Source: the human T2T-CHM13v2.0 reference genome, Homo sapiens. Taken from it: a DNA stretch of 64,000 bases. The notes beneath the pieces are model-generated. The model saw nothing but the letters and a program-made list of their open reading frames with translations. It did not search any database and was not told where the DNA came from. This document shows positions 1 to 14,712 of the stretch, one piece after another. The position numbers and the translations under genes were made by a program. Where the stretch lies: NCBI RefSeq assembly GCF_009914755.1, contig NC_060931.1; one strand, given 5' to 3'. Positions within the stretch are counted from its first letter, which is position 1. Every line of letters begins with the position of its first letter.

Positions 1-484
1 TCTCCTAAGGCCCAGGTCATACTTGCCCCCACCTCAGGATTTTCTTACCTAGAAGACACCTTTTAGCATCTCAAAGGCAAAAGAACTTAAAGCCACCAGA
101 ATATGCACTGAGTGCTGTTGAATTGAATTAACTGGCTCTAACTTTCCCAAACCACCCCCTTTTTGCCAAAGGTCTCAATATTTCACTGTCCTTCTGTCTA
201 GAAGCCTTAAAGTGATCCTTCCCTCTACACATTGTCCAAATGCTAAATTACATCCATTCTTCCCTTTGCTTTGCCACCATTTGTCTTTAATTCATGTATT
301 CACTTACGTTCCTATTACCATTACCTGAACTAAGACCTATATTAATCCTTCAACTATTACAAAATTCTTTTAACAGTTTTCTGTGCCAGCATTCCCTAGT
401 GTACTACTATCAGAATAATCTTTTGGGTCTTTTTTACTGTCAATTCTTTGTTGAAAGTTCACTGGTTCCACATGACTAATTAAT

Positions 485-710
485 AGTGAGAACAGTACCC
501 AGCACTGATTGAGTGAACACTGTGTGCTAAGCACTGTATCACACTTTACATAAGCTATGCCATTTAATCTTCATGGCAGTCCTCCCATTTTATGGAGGAG
601 GAAACTGAGACACAGTTAATTTGTCCGAAGTCATGTATATGGGATGTAATAATAAGCAGAATTAGAATTTGGAGAGTATGATTTCAGAACTCTCTCTTCA
701 CCATTTTGCT
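485..710 (-). mobile_element. MIR SINE (degenerate)
   Basis: The sequence cccattttatggaggaggaaactgagacacag...ttgtccgaagtca matches the reverse complement of the MIR core; boundaries approximate. Confidence 0.65.
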
Positions 711-1725
711 GAATGTCATAGTCTTGTTAACAAATTAAATGGAACCTTAGCTTGGCACTGCACCTATTCAACAATTGTCCCCAACCTACACTTTTTGTCA
801 TTTCATTTATATTCTTCCAAATCTAGCAAACCTTACCATTCCGAATATGTCCCTACCTCCATGCCTACATTTATGCTCTATAATCCTCCAGAAGCACCCT
901 TTAACTCATACCATCATCAGCCAAAAATATACCTATTCTTCAAAGCCCAGCTTGGGAAACACTTTCTATATATAAATTTCTTTATGATTTACTCTAGAAA
1001 TAAATTATCTCTCTCTTCTTTGAACTTCCACAGCCCTTTGTACTTATTTGTCCGTAATTTTGTTTTATAAGTTGTTTATGTGTGTGATTTATCTTCTTAT
1101 TTAGAGTATAATTTTCTTGTGAATAAAGATCATATCTAATTGTCTTTATATATCCTGATTACATAGGTTCATATACATAAATGACATTCAAAAAAGTTTT
1201 GAATGAATATCTCTTCTCTGTTGAGAAAGCATTTTTGTTTATGATAGATACAGTAAAATGATAACATAATTTTAAAAAGCATTTTTAAAGAATAAAGTAA
1301 TACATTCTTTTCTATGTTGGTGAAAAATACAGGTTCTAATTTTTCTTTTTTCTCCATGTGGTAAAGTCTGATACTTTTGTATATAATCTTGCTGACTTAC
1401 TAATTACTCTTCACAAGATATTTTAAAAATATGTTTATTGTTATCTCTACTAATAATTAAAATGTGTTGGATATAAATAATATGTAAGATAGTATTAACA
1501 ACAGTAAAGATATTTTATAAGTTAAGTTAGAATCATATGTAATAGTTGGGGAAGTACTGAAATATATTGAAGAAAGGATAATGAGCCTTTGTAGTTGGCA
1601 GTCTGTAAAATAAATGCAGCCTATAATTTCTTCTTTAATTCTAGGGCAACAGGTTGAAAAAAACATCTGTATTCCAAAAGAATGCTCATCCAAATATCAT
1701 TCAATTACCAATTAAAAAAAAAATT

Positions 1726-2040
1726 GTCTGGGCACAGCATCTCATGCTTATAATCCCAGTGCTTTGGGAGGGTGAGGAGGGAGGTTGCTTGGGGTCAGGA
1801 ATTCAAGGCCAGCCTGGGCAACATAGTGAGACCCTGTCTCTGTGAAAAATTTAAAAGTTAGTTGGGTCTGGTAGCATACACCTGTAGTCCCAGCTACCTG
1901 GGAGGCTGAGGCAGGAGGACCACTGGAATCAGGAGTTTGAGGCTGCAGTGAGCCATGATTACACCACTACACTCCAACTTGGACAACAGAGTAAGACCCT
2001 GACTCTAAGAAAAAAAAAAAAAAAAGAAGAAGAAGAAGAA
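1726..2040 (+). mobile_element. Alu (AluJ-like) with A/GAA tail
   Basis: Two Alu monomers (tataatcccagtgctttgggag...; tgtagtcccagctacctgggaggctgagg) followed by an A-run and (GAA)n. Confidence 0.95.
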
Positions 2041-2365
2041 ATAGATTAGTATATCCAGTATTGTGTTATGGGAAAAGAGATTTCAATATAAAAGAAGCCA
2101 ATTTGATGGATTCTTTAAATACTTGAACTAATGGACAGTAAAGAAAAAGCTAGAAAACAATTGAGATTTTGGTACATCAGTAAGAGTTTCAGTGAAGACA
2201 CTTTTTAGAGCAGGTGGCACACTAATTTGGACTTATTTTATTTCACTTGGCATATGAGTAGATAATATACTTGATGAAAACCAAATGCTAAAATGAGAGA
2301 AGATTATTCTAACTGTACATGGTTTGCTATATATTTGGGAAAAGAAGTAATTGGTAATCTTTTGA

Positions 2366-2491
<126 letters not shown>

Positions 2492-2774
2492 TAATTATCT
2501 AACCATTCTGTAAGAATCTGAGTCATCTTATTTCTCAGGAATGCAGTTTAGGATTCCTTCCGTTTTCAATTAATGTACATGTTAGTAGGTCGAAATATAA
2601 TCTAGTCTATAGAGACGATTGAGTAAATCCTAACAGAGAAGAGATAAAAAGAAGATAAAAAATAGTTGAATGAAGAATATTGTGTGATTACTAGAGTTAG
2701 GTTTAGATTGGTCAGTAAAGTCTTATAGAGTTTGGTTTCCAAACTTACAGAATTTGGAAAATGAATGAGGACTT

Positions 2775-4380
2775 CTAGGTAAATCAGTGTATTAAATATA
2801 TGCATCTACTTTTGCTCCCTTATGAAATCTCACTAAAATGATACCAAATGGATCTTTTTTTAGAGTTCATATATCCACAGGGAGGCATAGAAAGAGAGAA
2901 GAGATAATAGCAACAATATTTTGTTATGTATAAAGCAAATGGATGTGTGGCACATGACTTATCAAAGCTGAGAAAGCTGAATTCCTAAGTCAGTAATGAG
3001 GAAAACTGAGAATCAATCCAAGATATACTCTTACTTCCCCACAGGCTCAGAAATTGGCAGCATCATCTACTTTAGGAAGAGGGAGGGAAGGAGTGGAGGG
3101 AAGGGGCTGAAATACAGAAAATAGATGAAAGGCTGTTAAAAAAGCAGTTAGATACTCAGATTACTTCCCCAACTCAGCTAAACGGGATTTGCCACCCTCC
3201 CATGGAAGATTGGAGCTTTATACTCTATAGAGAATAAACGAGGAGGTTTCTAAGCTGGAGGACAGCAAGCAATATTTATATAAGGGTTGTAGGGAAGTAG
3301 TCCAACCTCAGTGGTACCGATTTCCAGTCATCTATTTGGTCTCCTAATTCAAATATGAGCAGATTATCAGAGATGTGAAAAAAAGTCTGTAACATGAAAA
3401 AAAAAAGACAAAAACAATGAGACAATGAAGGGGAAAAAAACAAAACCACTTATCAATATTTATGAGAGATAAGAGACTTCTATAATGAAACAAGAAAATA
3501 GGGTGCTGTTTTTTTAAACAGGGAACATTCAGAAAGAAAAAATTTAGTAGTTGAAATTATCTTCCAGAAAGTAGGGTAAAAAGGCAAAGAAATGGAACAT
3601 AGAGAAAATCTTACACATTAGGATAGCAATAACAACAGAGGAAACAGCAGGGAGGAAATTTTCAATGAGTAACTCAAGAGAATTGTCTAGAAATAAAGGA
3701 CTTGAGTTTCCATATTAACAGGCTCACCAAGTGCTGAATACAATGAGTGGAATTAGAGGTACATCTAAACATATCATTATGAAATTTTAGAACCTTAGAA
3801 CAAAGCAAAGAATTCTGGAAGTTTCCAGAGAGGAGAAAAAAATCAAAGACTTAAGAATTAAAATGGTTTAGGATTTGGCAACAGGAGCCCTGGGAGTCAG
3901 AAGACAATAGAGAAAATTATTTCCAAACTAGAATTTTGTACTCTGGCAAAATATCAAACAAGTGTGAGGGTAGAAAATAAAGACATGTTTAGTTATGCTA
4001 CAAATTTCTCAGGAAAGTACTAGAAATTGCACTCCACCAAAACAAAGTAAACCAAGAAAGAGAAAGACAGGGAATATAGGAAACAACATACCACAAAGAG
4101 AGACCGGGCAATCCCCAAGTGATAGTGAGGCGAAAGTCAAGATTTACAGCGCTACGAAACCGGCACATGTGGACAGTCAGCACAGACAACAGCAGGCCAG
4201 AAACTCCAGGAGACCTTCATAAATAACAAAAGAATGAATTAAGAGTAGAAAATGGTTTTCTTCTAGGATGAGTATCTGGAAGAATATCTAGAGAGGCAGA
4301 GAACTGCTTTATTGTGTTTAAAAACAATTTATCTGTTGATTCTTTAAACTATATGCATATGTAATTTTGATAAAAATAAA
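2775..4380 (+). mobile_element. Ancient L1M/HAL1-like relic (ORF1-like region plus A-rich 3' end)
   Basis: A-rich degenerate sequence resembling old L1 ORF1 (e.g. acatatcattatgaaattttagaac, ttccaaactagaattttgtactctggcaaaatatca), ending in gataaaaataaa; subfamily and limits uncertain. Confidence 0.45.
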
Positions 4381-7092
4381 TGAAGTGAATGGGGATTGAA
4401 TGTAAATGGCCTAAATACCCCATTTAAAAGGCACCAGAGTGACAAGTTGGAGAAAAATAAGACCCCAAGGTGTGCTGTCTTCAAGAGAGCCATCTCATAT
4501 GCAGTGACATCTATAGACTCAAAATGAAAGGATGTGGGAAAATCTAGCAAGCAAATGGAAATCAGAAAAAAAGCAGGGTTGCAATCCTAATTTCAGACAA
4601 AACAGACTTTAAGCCAACAAAGATACAGAAAGACAAAGAAGGGCATTATGTAATGGTAGAGGGTTCAATTCAACAAGAAGAGCTAACTACCCTAAATATA
4701 TATGCACCCAACACAGGAGCACCCAGCTTCATCAAGCAAGTTCTTAGAGACCTACAAAGAGACTTAAACTCCCTCACAATAACAGTAGGAGACTTCAACA
4801 CTTCACTGATAGTATTAGATAGATCATCAAGGCAGAAAATTAACAAAGATATTCAGGACCTGAAGTCAATATTGGACCAAATGGATCTGATAGACCTCTA
4901 CAGAACTCTCCACCCAAAAACAACACAGTATATATTCTTCTAATCATCACATGGCCCATACTCTAAAATTGACCACACAATTGGACATAAAACAATCCTC
5001 AGCAAATGCTAGCTAGAGCACTAAAATCATACCAAACCCACTCTTGGACCACAGCACAATACAAATAGAAATCGAGACTTAAATTTTTTTTCAAAACCAT
5101 GCAATTATATGGAAATTAAGCAACCTGGTCCTGAAATGACTTTTAGGTAAATAATGAAATTAAGGCAGAAATCAAGAAGTTCTTTGAAACTAATGAGAAA
5201 AAAGATACAAAATACAAGAATCTCTGGGACACAGCTAAGGCAGTGTTAAGAGGGCAATTTATAGCCCTAAATGCCCTCATCAAAAAGTTAGAAAGCTCTC
5301 AAATTAACAATCTAACATCACAACTAAAAGAACTAGAGAAGCAAGAACAAACCAACCCCAAAGCTAGCAGAAGACAAGAAATAACCAAAATCAGAGCTGA
5401 CCTGAAAGAGACTGAGACATGAAAAGCCAGGTAAAATATCAACAAATCTAGGAGTTTATTTTTTGGAAAAATTAATAAGATAGGTCACTAGATAGACTAA
5501 TAAAGAAGAAAAGAGAGAAGATCCAAATTAATACATCAGAAACGACAAAGGGGATGTTACGACTCACCCCACAGAAATACAAACAATCATCAGAGACTAC
5601 TACGAACACCTGTGGCACACAAACTAGAAAATCTAGAAGAGATGGATAAATGCCTGGACATGTGTATACGTTTCCAAGACTGAATCAGGAAGAAATTGAT
5701 TTCCTGAACAGACCAATAACAAGCTCCAAAATTGAACCAGTAATAAATAGCCTACCAACCAAAAAAAAGGCCAGGACCAGACAGACTCACAGCTGAATTC
5801 TACCAGATGTACGAAGAAGAGCTGGCACCATTCCTACTGAAACTATTCAAAAAAATTGAGGAGGAGTGACTCCTCCCTATTTCATTCTATGAGGCCAGTA
5901 TCATCCTCATACAAAAACATGGCAGAGACTCTACAAAAAAAGAAAATTTCAGCCCATTATCCTTGATGAACATTGATTCAGAAATCCTCAACAAAATACT
6001 TGCAAACCAAATTGAGTAGCACATCAAAAATCATATCCACCATAATCAGGTAGGCTTTGTTCCCGGGTTCCAAGTTTGGTTCAACATACGCAAATTAGTA
6101 AATGTGATTTTTCACATAAACAGAACTAAAGACAAAAACCACATGATTATCTCAATAGATGCAAAAAAGGGTTTTGATAAAATCCAACATCCTTTCATGT
6201 TAAAAACTCTCAATAAACTACGTATTAAAGGAACATACCTCAAAATAAGAGCCATCTATGACAAACCCACAGCCAACATCATACTGAATAGGCAAAAGCT
6301 GGAAGCATTCTCCTTGAAAACTTACACAGGACAAAGATGTCCTCTCTCACCACTCCTATTCAACATAGTATTGGAAGTCCTGGCCAGAGCAATTAGGCAA
6401 GAGTGAAAAATAAGGGAAATCCAAATAAGAAGAGAGGAAGTCAAACTATTGCTCTTTGCTGATGACGTGATTCTATATCTAGAAAACCCCATAGTCTCGA
6501 CCTAAAAGCTCTTTCAGCTGATAAACAACTTCAGCAAAGTTTTAGGATACAAAATCAGCATACAAAAATCACTAGCATTCTCATGCACCAACAATAGCCA
6601 AGCTGAGGGTCAAATCAGGAATGCAATTCCATTCACAATTGCCATAAAAATAATAAAGTACCCAGGAATACAGCTAGTCAGGGAGGTAAAAAATCTCTGC
6701 AATGGGAATTACAAAACACTGCTCAAAGAAATCAGAGATGCCACAAACAAAAGGAAAAACATTCCGTGGTTGTGAATCAGAAGAATAAATATTATTCAAA
6801 TGGCCATACTGCCAAAGCAATTTACAGATTAAATGCTATTGCTATCAAACTATCGATGACATTCTTCACAGAACTAGAAAAAGCTCTTAAAATTCACAGG
6901 GAACTAAAAAGCTGGAGGTATCACGTTGCTCAACTTCAAACTATAGTACAGGGCTACAGTAACCAAAACAGCATGGTACTGGTACAAAAACAGATACATA
7001 GACCAATGGAACAGAATAGAGAGCCCAGAAATAAAGTCGCACACCTGCAACCATCTGATCTTCGATGAAGCTGACAAAAACAAGTAATGGGG

Positions 7093-7690
7093 TACTGGGT
7101 ATATACCCAAAGGATTATAAATCATGCTGCTATAAAGACACATGCCCACGTATGTTTATTGCGGCACTATTCACAACAGCAAAGACTTGGAACCAACCCA
7201 AATGTCCATCAATGATAGACTGGATTAAGAAAATGTGGCACATATACACCATGGAATACTATGCAGCCATAAAAAATGATGAGTTCATGTCCTTTGTAGG
7301 GACATGGATGAAGCTGGAAACCATCATTCTCAGCAAACTACCACAAGGACAAAAACCAAACACCGTGTGTTCTCACTCATAGGTGGGAATTGAACAATGA
7401 GAACACTTGGACACAGGAAGGGGAGCATCACACACCGGGGCCTGTCATGGGGCAGGGGGAAGGGGGAGAGATAGCATTAGGAGATATACCTAATGTAAAT
7501 GACGAGTTACTGGGTGCAGCACACCAGCATGGTGCATATATATATGTAACAAACCTGCACGTTGTGCACATGTACCCTAGAACTTAAAGTATAAGAATAA
7601 TAATAATAAAAAACCAACCCCCCCACCCAAAAAAAATCACTTCATTTCTAATTCTCAAATAAATTCAACATATTTGGAAAAAAAAAAAAA
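7093..7690 (+). mobile_element. Younger L1PA (~PA4/5-like) 3' fragment nested in the older L1, with TSD and probable 3' transduction
   Basis: The TSD aaaaacaagtaatgggg occurs at 7076-7092 and 7686-7702. The insert has the ORF2 C-terminus (MFIAALFTTAKTWNQPKCPS), an L1PA 3' UTR to ~7594, extra sequence and a final A-tail. Confidence 0.92.
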
Positions 7691-7697
7691 CAAGTAA

Positions 7698-7808
<111 letters not shown>

Positions 7809-8579
7809 TAGATTGAAGACTTAAATATAAAACTCAAAAGTATAAAAACCCTGGAAGACAACTTAGGCAATACTGTTTTGGACATAAGAATAGTCAAAGA
7901 TTTCATTATGAAGACACCAGAAGCAATCATAACAAGCAAAAATTGACAAATGGAATCTAATTAAACTAAAGTGCTTCTGCACAGCAAAAGTAACTATCAA
8001 CAGAGTAAACAGACAACCTACAGAATGGGAAAATTCTTTTGTAAACTATACATTTGACAAAGGTCTAATATCCAGCATCTATGAGGAACTTAAATTTACA
8101 AGAAAAAACAACCCCATTAAAAAGTGGGCAAAGGACATGAACAGACACTTTTCAAAAGAAGACATCCATTTGGTCAAAGAGCATGTGAAAAAAGATCGAT
8201 ATCACTGATCATTAGAGAAATTCAAATAAAAACCACCATAAGATACCATCTCACACCAGTCAGAATGATTATTATTAAAACGTCAAAAAATAACATGCTG
8301 GCAAGGTCGCAGACAAAGGGGAACATTTACACACCTTTGGTGGGAGTGTAAATTAGTTTAACCATTGTGGAAGGCAGTGTGGCGATTCTTCAAAGACCTA
8401 AAAACAAATACTATTCGACCCAGCAATCCTATTACTGGGTATAAACCCAAAGGAATATAAATCATTCTACCATAAAGACACAGGCACACGTATGTTCATT
8501 GCAGCACTGTTCACAGTCTCAAAGACATGGAATCAACCTAAATGCCCATCAGTGGCAGACTGGATAAAGAAAATGTGTA

Positions 8580-8581
<2 letters not shown>

Positions 8582-8617
<36 letters not shown>
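8582..8617. repeat. (AC)18 microsatellite inside L1
   Basis: Direct count of AC units. Confidence 0.97.
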
Positions 8618-8618
<1 letters not shown>

Positions 8619-9457
8619 ATGGAATACTATGCAGCCATAAAAAAGAACAAGATCATGTCCTTCACAGGGACATGGATGGAGCTGGAGGCCGTCATCCTTA
8701 GTAAACTAACACAGGAACAGAAAACCAAATACCACATGTTCTCACTTATAAGTGGGAGCTAAATGATGAGAACACATGGACACAAAGAAGGGAGCAACAG
8801 ACACTGGGACCTATTTGAGGGATGTGATGAGGAGGAGGGAGTGGATGAGAAAAAATAACTATTGAGTACTAGGCTTAGTAGCTGGATGATGAAATATTCT
8901 GCACGACAAACCCTCATGACATGAGTTTACCTATATTACAATCCTGCACATGTACCCCTGAACATAAAATAAAAGTTTAAAAAATGGTGACTTTTATAGT
9001 AGCATTGACATGGCCCCATATGAATAAATTGTGAATATATATTTTCAATGCTTACCGAGGTTTTAAAAAACATTTCTAAATAATATATGCAGGTTTGCTA
9101 TATTGAATAGTGATATACAATAGTTTAGTCATTCTCAAATGTAATTGGTACATATGCAATCTTTTTGGGTCAGCCAACTTATCAAATTACATACTAGTAA
9201 TAATGCCTTACTTACCTTTTGCTTGGTAGCCCAGGTGAAATGATAAACCTGTTTCAATTCAGGCCCCAGTTATAGTAATTACATTCAAATCCTAAACTTT
9301 ATCAATTTCTCCAAAAGGAATTAGATCAAAAGATTCAATAGCTTTCTCTGAGATTGAACTGGCTTATGCTACTGGTCTTTAATAAGTAATAAATAGAATA
9401 GAGGAAGCAATATTGCCTGCTTTTAAGTTTTTGAGCATATTTTCAAAATGAAGGTGA

Positions 9458-9775
<318 letters not shown>

Positions 9776-11014
9776 TAGTTGGTATATAAATACTAATTCA
9801 ATTATAGTTATTTGAATATTTCTGTTGTATAATCTGAGAAAGCCTGGGGATAAGGAAATGAATAATCTTTCTAACCAAATTCTCCCATCCTTCTTTTCTG
9901 TGTTACTATGATCTCATATAATATAATGCCAACTTTTTACAAGTGAACTAGGAGATAAATTTTAACAAACTATAATGGGATTTTAAGAAAGAGAATAAAA
10001 ATTGGATGTGATGGCCACAGTATTTAAAAACGATGTGGTCTGGGCACTGACAAATCTCAACAGACTTGTCAGATTGTACACACTGCTGTAGCCACACCAG
10101 CGTGTACAAGCTGAGGATAAGTCCTAGAAATAAAAACAATAACTTAGGGAAATGTTTCTTACAGATGAGTAGAAAAAAACGGCATTTGAAAGACTTTTAA
10201 TTCTATTCTTTAAGTTATATATTCTTTCAGTTATATATCAGATAATGTGTATCCTGTACAGGTAAGTTTACAGGTTAAATATTCATCCTCTACTAGGGAT
10301 AAAGTTTTGTCAGTTTCAATTAGGAATTCCTATACCATCAAAAAAGAGTTTGTTCTATTTCTTTCAGCATGTGCTATGGCATTCTTTTTATTTTTGTTCC
10401 AGATTCTTTGCTTGAACTGTTGTATTATCCAGTTAAGATAAAGGATCCCTGTTTTGGAATTGTAAGCCTTCATTCCTGGTCTTTCCATGCTTGTCCTCAG
10501 GGATATTCCAAGAATTTATTTAGGGAAGTAACTAATTGTTACTTCTTGCCAAAGCATAGGAATTCTCATGGCATATAAGAGTAGAGCAGACATGTACTAA
10601 GTAGCTCTGCTCCTATGAAGGAGTCTTCCAAGTCTTCTTTTCTTAATCTAAGAGGATGTTAGGGGATAAGAGGAAAAGAATAATGGAATTTTTCTTGATC
10701 ATCCATGCTAATGAATAAGCATGTCTTATCCATCTTAAGATTCTGAAACAAAACACAAGAGACCAAACATAGTTGTGCTTGGTAAACATTTGTTTAATTA
10801 ATTAGTAAAAGAATAATCAATGCAAATAAATCAGATGGCAAATCAACATCCAGATAATTTACAATAATTATGCATAATATAATTATGTATTCACAATAAT
10901 TATGCATAATTATATTTGGGGTAATTTTAACTTACAGCAACTCTATATTTGTGTCAAAAAATTAATATAAGAAAAATTAATACAAGTAAATATTATTTTT
11001 GTACTATATATCAT

Positions 11015-11260
11015 GTAGTTAGGAGTGTGGGCTTGCAATCATATAGCCTGGGTTTGAATCCCAACTCTGCTTTTTATTAGCTGGGTAACATTGGGCAAAT
11101 TTCTTCGCCTTTGTGACTCAATTTCTTCCTCTGTAAAATGGAGATAATAATAGTGCCCACTTTAAAGAATTGTGCGAAGAAGGAGTTAACTTGTAAAACA
11201 CTTAAAACAAGACTGGGATATGGCAAGTGTTCAATAAATGTAAGCTATGCTATTTATTAT
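11015..11260 (+). mobile_element. MIR SINE, near full length
   Basis: cctgggtttgaatcccaactctg...ttgggcaaat...ctgtaaaatggagataataatagt...caataaatgtaagctat follows the MIR consensus. Confidence 0.85.
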
Positions 11261-12297
11261 GATTACTGTATACTGGGCATCATTGTCTGTTCTTGTCACT
11301 ATATCGCTGATACCTGACATATGATATAGCAACTGATGCTTGAAGAAGCCAGGCGACCTGATTAAGGTCCCTTAGTAAGACAGGAGTGATATGGTGAATC
11401 AAATCCAGGCCTTTTGATTTTAAGCCTAAACCTTTTTCGTTCTGCCTATTTGTTAATCTGTAGCTCTGATTGAGGCTGTGTTATAGTTACATTTAGATGT
11501 GGATGTATGTTATGTTCCTGAAAATTAGATCAGACAAGACAGAAACCCCTGTAGTAAAAACCTGTCTCAGGAGGAACTTTGCTCATCTTCAACCTAACTT
11601 AACTCTCTCCTGCTTCTCTACTCAAGGTTGTTTTGAATTAGATTTAGGTGTATATTCTGTTTCCTGAGTGGACTAATGAAGAGAGATTATTTTCCTATAA
11701 TATAAAAAAAAATGGTGTCAATTTTATATGAATCTTTTTTCTATACTCAATTCGTGGGAGTTCTTAGTTCCCCTGACCCTGACATAGCTAGTATCTACAG
11801 CATGGGTTGAAGTGCTAAGGTTGTATAGCCTTGTGGAACTTTCTTCTCAGCCCACTGCAAAACATCAGGTCTCCCCTCTTCATCAGACTTTTATTTCATT
11901 TTGCTTCCTAAAAAATGAATAACATTTTTGCATGAAGACCCTTACTATGGAAGGAAGGAAACCTTTGTATTAGATAATTGACAGATGATTATATTTCTGC
12001 TTAGCTTTTTAAATCTTCCTTATAAAATTTAAGTTAGTGAAAGTCAAAACAATAATTTCTTTGATTTTTTTTTTAGATGTAGATCAATTTCTCTGTTAAA
12101 ATTCATCGTTCCCTTTGGGTCAGTTGTTGGTCTCTAGGAAACATTTGCTTGAGGTACTGGAGGGAGAAATAATGTAATTAGTATTAAGAAGAACATACTA
12201 ATAATTTTTTGGAATTACCACATTCTAAGCATATAATAATAAGAAATTAGTGTTTATTTTTCATGCTTCTGTACCAGAGAGTTGACATTTACTCTAG

Positions 12298-12447
<150 letters not shown>

Positions 12448-14556
12448 TAACATTATGTAGTCTTTATACACAAAGAGAAAGCTGCTCTCTGAAAACTTTT
12501 ATTTGAGTTATTTTTATGATAATCAGAAATACATTCTCATAATAATGAATTATACAACTGGGGTCCATTTTATGAAACTGATTATGTCCATTAAATTGTA
12601 ATGATATGTAATATTACGTATAACTTAGTCTATTTGATTTAGCCTTATCTTGTCCTACTTCATTCTGAGATTTTTCTGAGGCTGTCAATTAACCCTAACA
12701 TTTCTTTCAAATGTGGAAGTAGTCATAACTCTTAATTGTGTGCATTTAGAGGAATAATTTTATATTTTTGAACTGAATAAAGAAGAAACAATTAAAGAAT
12801 TGGTTTTAAAATATTTTAATATTCTTTATTATAGAATCTCATTGTTGTTCAACCCCAGTTCTGTAGCCTGAACTGGCTACAGTTAGTAATCCTGGCCAAG
12901 GTTCCTGGTGGGGCTTTAAGAACATGGATAAGAAATAACAGGTGCAGTCCTAAAAGCTAGGGTGGCCCAAATGGGGGTATAGAAATCAAATGCAGACAGT
13001 TGAAAGAACTTATACATTGGAGGCAAATGTCCCCCTTTAAAATATTTCATCATTTCATTATTGAGTATTCTTTTATACAAGATAATGCTCAAATCCTAAA
13101 GTTCAGTCACTTTCAAAGGATGAGAAAAAAGGAATATGTTCATTCTAATAGTCCAGAAAGGGTAAACAGTTTTAGCTAATATGACTTTTATAAAGAAAAT
13201 CATAGGATGATTAAGATTTTAGAGTCCCTAGTCTTAGCAGTGGTAGTGTGGAGCTTGTTCCAGTAATTAATTCAAAGACAATAATATTTAGATAGATGGA
13301 TTTAAATGACGTGTCAAAAGCCATACCATTACTTAGAAATAAACAAGACTAACATCTAAGTTTATTGATCCCTGTTAAGTCCCTGGAAAAAAAGGAAGGG
13401 GGGGCAGACATGCTAGGTCTTGAAGTAAGAAAATTCTAGTGACCCAAGGAATCCTCTGGCATTTGCATCTGTGCATCCCACAGAGGACCTGGCAGGTTGG
13501 AGTCCACTAGTCTGCTCAGATGACCTAGCCCTGCTGTCTGACATGAATTCTGAGGGCTCCCAGACAGAGAGACTGCCACTACTATCATGGAGAATTGAAA
13601 TCTTCTCAAGTAGCCCATGACTCCTGACCTCTGATGTATAAAAGGATGCCTCAGGAGTGGAGCAGGCAAAGATGGATCTAAGCTACTCTGGATGAAAGCT
13701 CTGCAGTTAACCATGTGGCACAAATCATTATCAGCAAAACAGGCCTTCTGGTGTCAGAGCCAGGCCTCATTCAGATCAGCCTTTTCTGCCTTTGAGCCCT
13801 CATTTGAGCTTATTGACCAAGCCTTTGACTCATGGTGCCATTCTGCTGTGATGATCCCCTTAAAGATTATATCTCAGCCTGCCTGACAATGGATACTGGC
13901 ACAACAATGCCATCACTGTGTTCTGAGCTTCAATCCCGCCCTGGATTCTGCCTGCCTGTCTCTCTGCCAGTGTGGTGCTGCCTCTCCTGCCACATCAGCT
14001 CCAATCCTCCAGCTCACTCAACTCTTTTTCCTCTGGGGTTTCCTTCTCTAGAATGCCACAGCCATCATTGCCCAGACGGGGAATTACAAGCCCAGTGTTT
14101 CTATCACCTACATCACCTGGGCAGTAATCACAGAAGTCTGTGGACATGTTTTCTCCCTTAAGAAGCTTGTATTCACTTTGAGAGAGACAAAATATAACAC
14201 ACACAAAACCGAGAGCAGTAAGGACCTTGCGTTAGTTGTCAAAATGGAGTGATATGCACAATAACATTTCTAGAATTTCTGAGAAAGAGGTAAGGATCAA
14301 AAGGAACACAGATTTTCTACAAGTTCCTCCCTAAGTTTCATTACTCTTCCCTCTTTTAGTTTAATGACATCATGGTTTCTGGAAAATACAACTGTGCAAA
14401 ATGCACTTGGACAAGAATTAAAAAGGACATTTGCCAAAAATTATTTTTAAAACAACTGATATGGATTGCTGAATTATGGTTGATTTTTTCTTTCCTTTGA
14501 AAAATACTCATTTTTGAAAACAAACAGTGTTGTTAGTGTGATGATTACAAAACTGA

Positions 14557-14712
<156 letters not shown>

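Noticed and set aside
13436-14204. GC-richer patch with overlapping ORFs on both strands
   Set aside because: No protein similarity or matching splice sites; possibly an old repeat that I cannot name from sequence alone.
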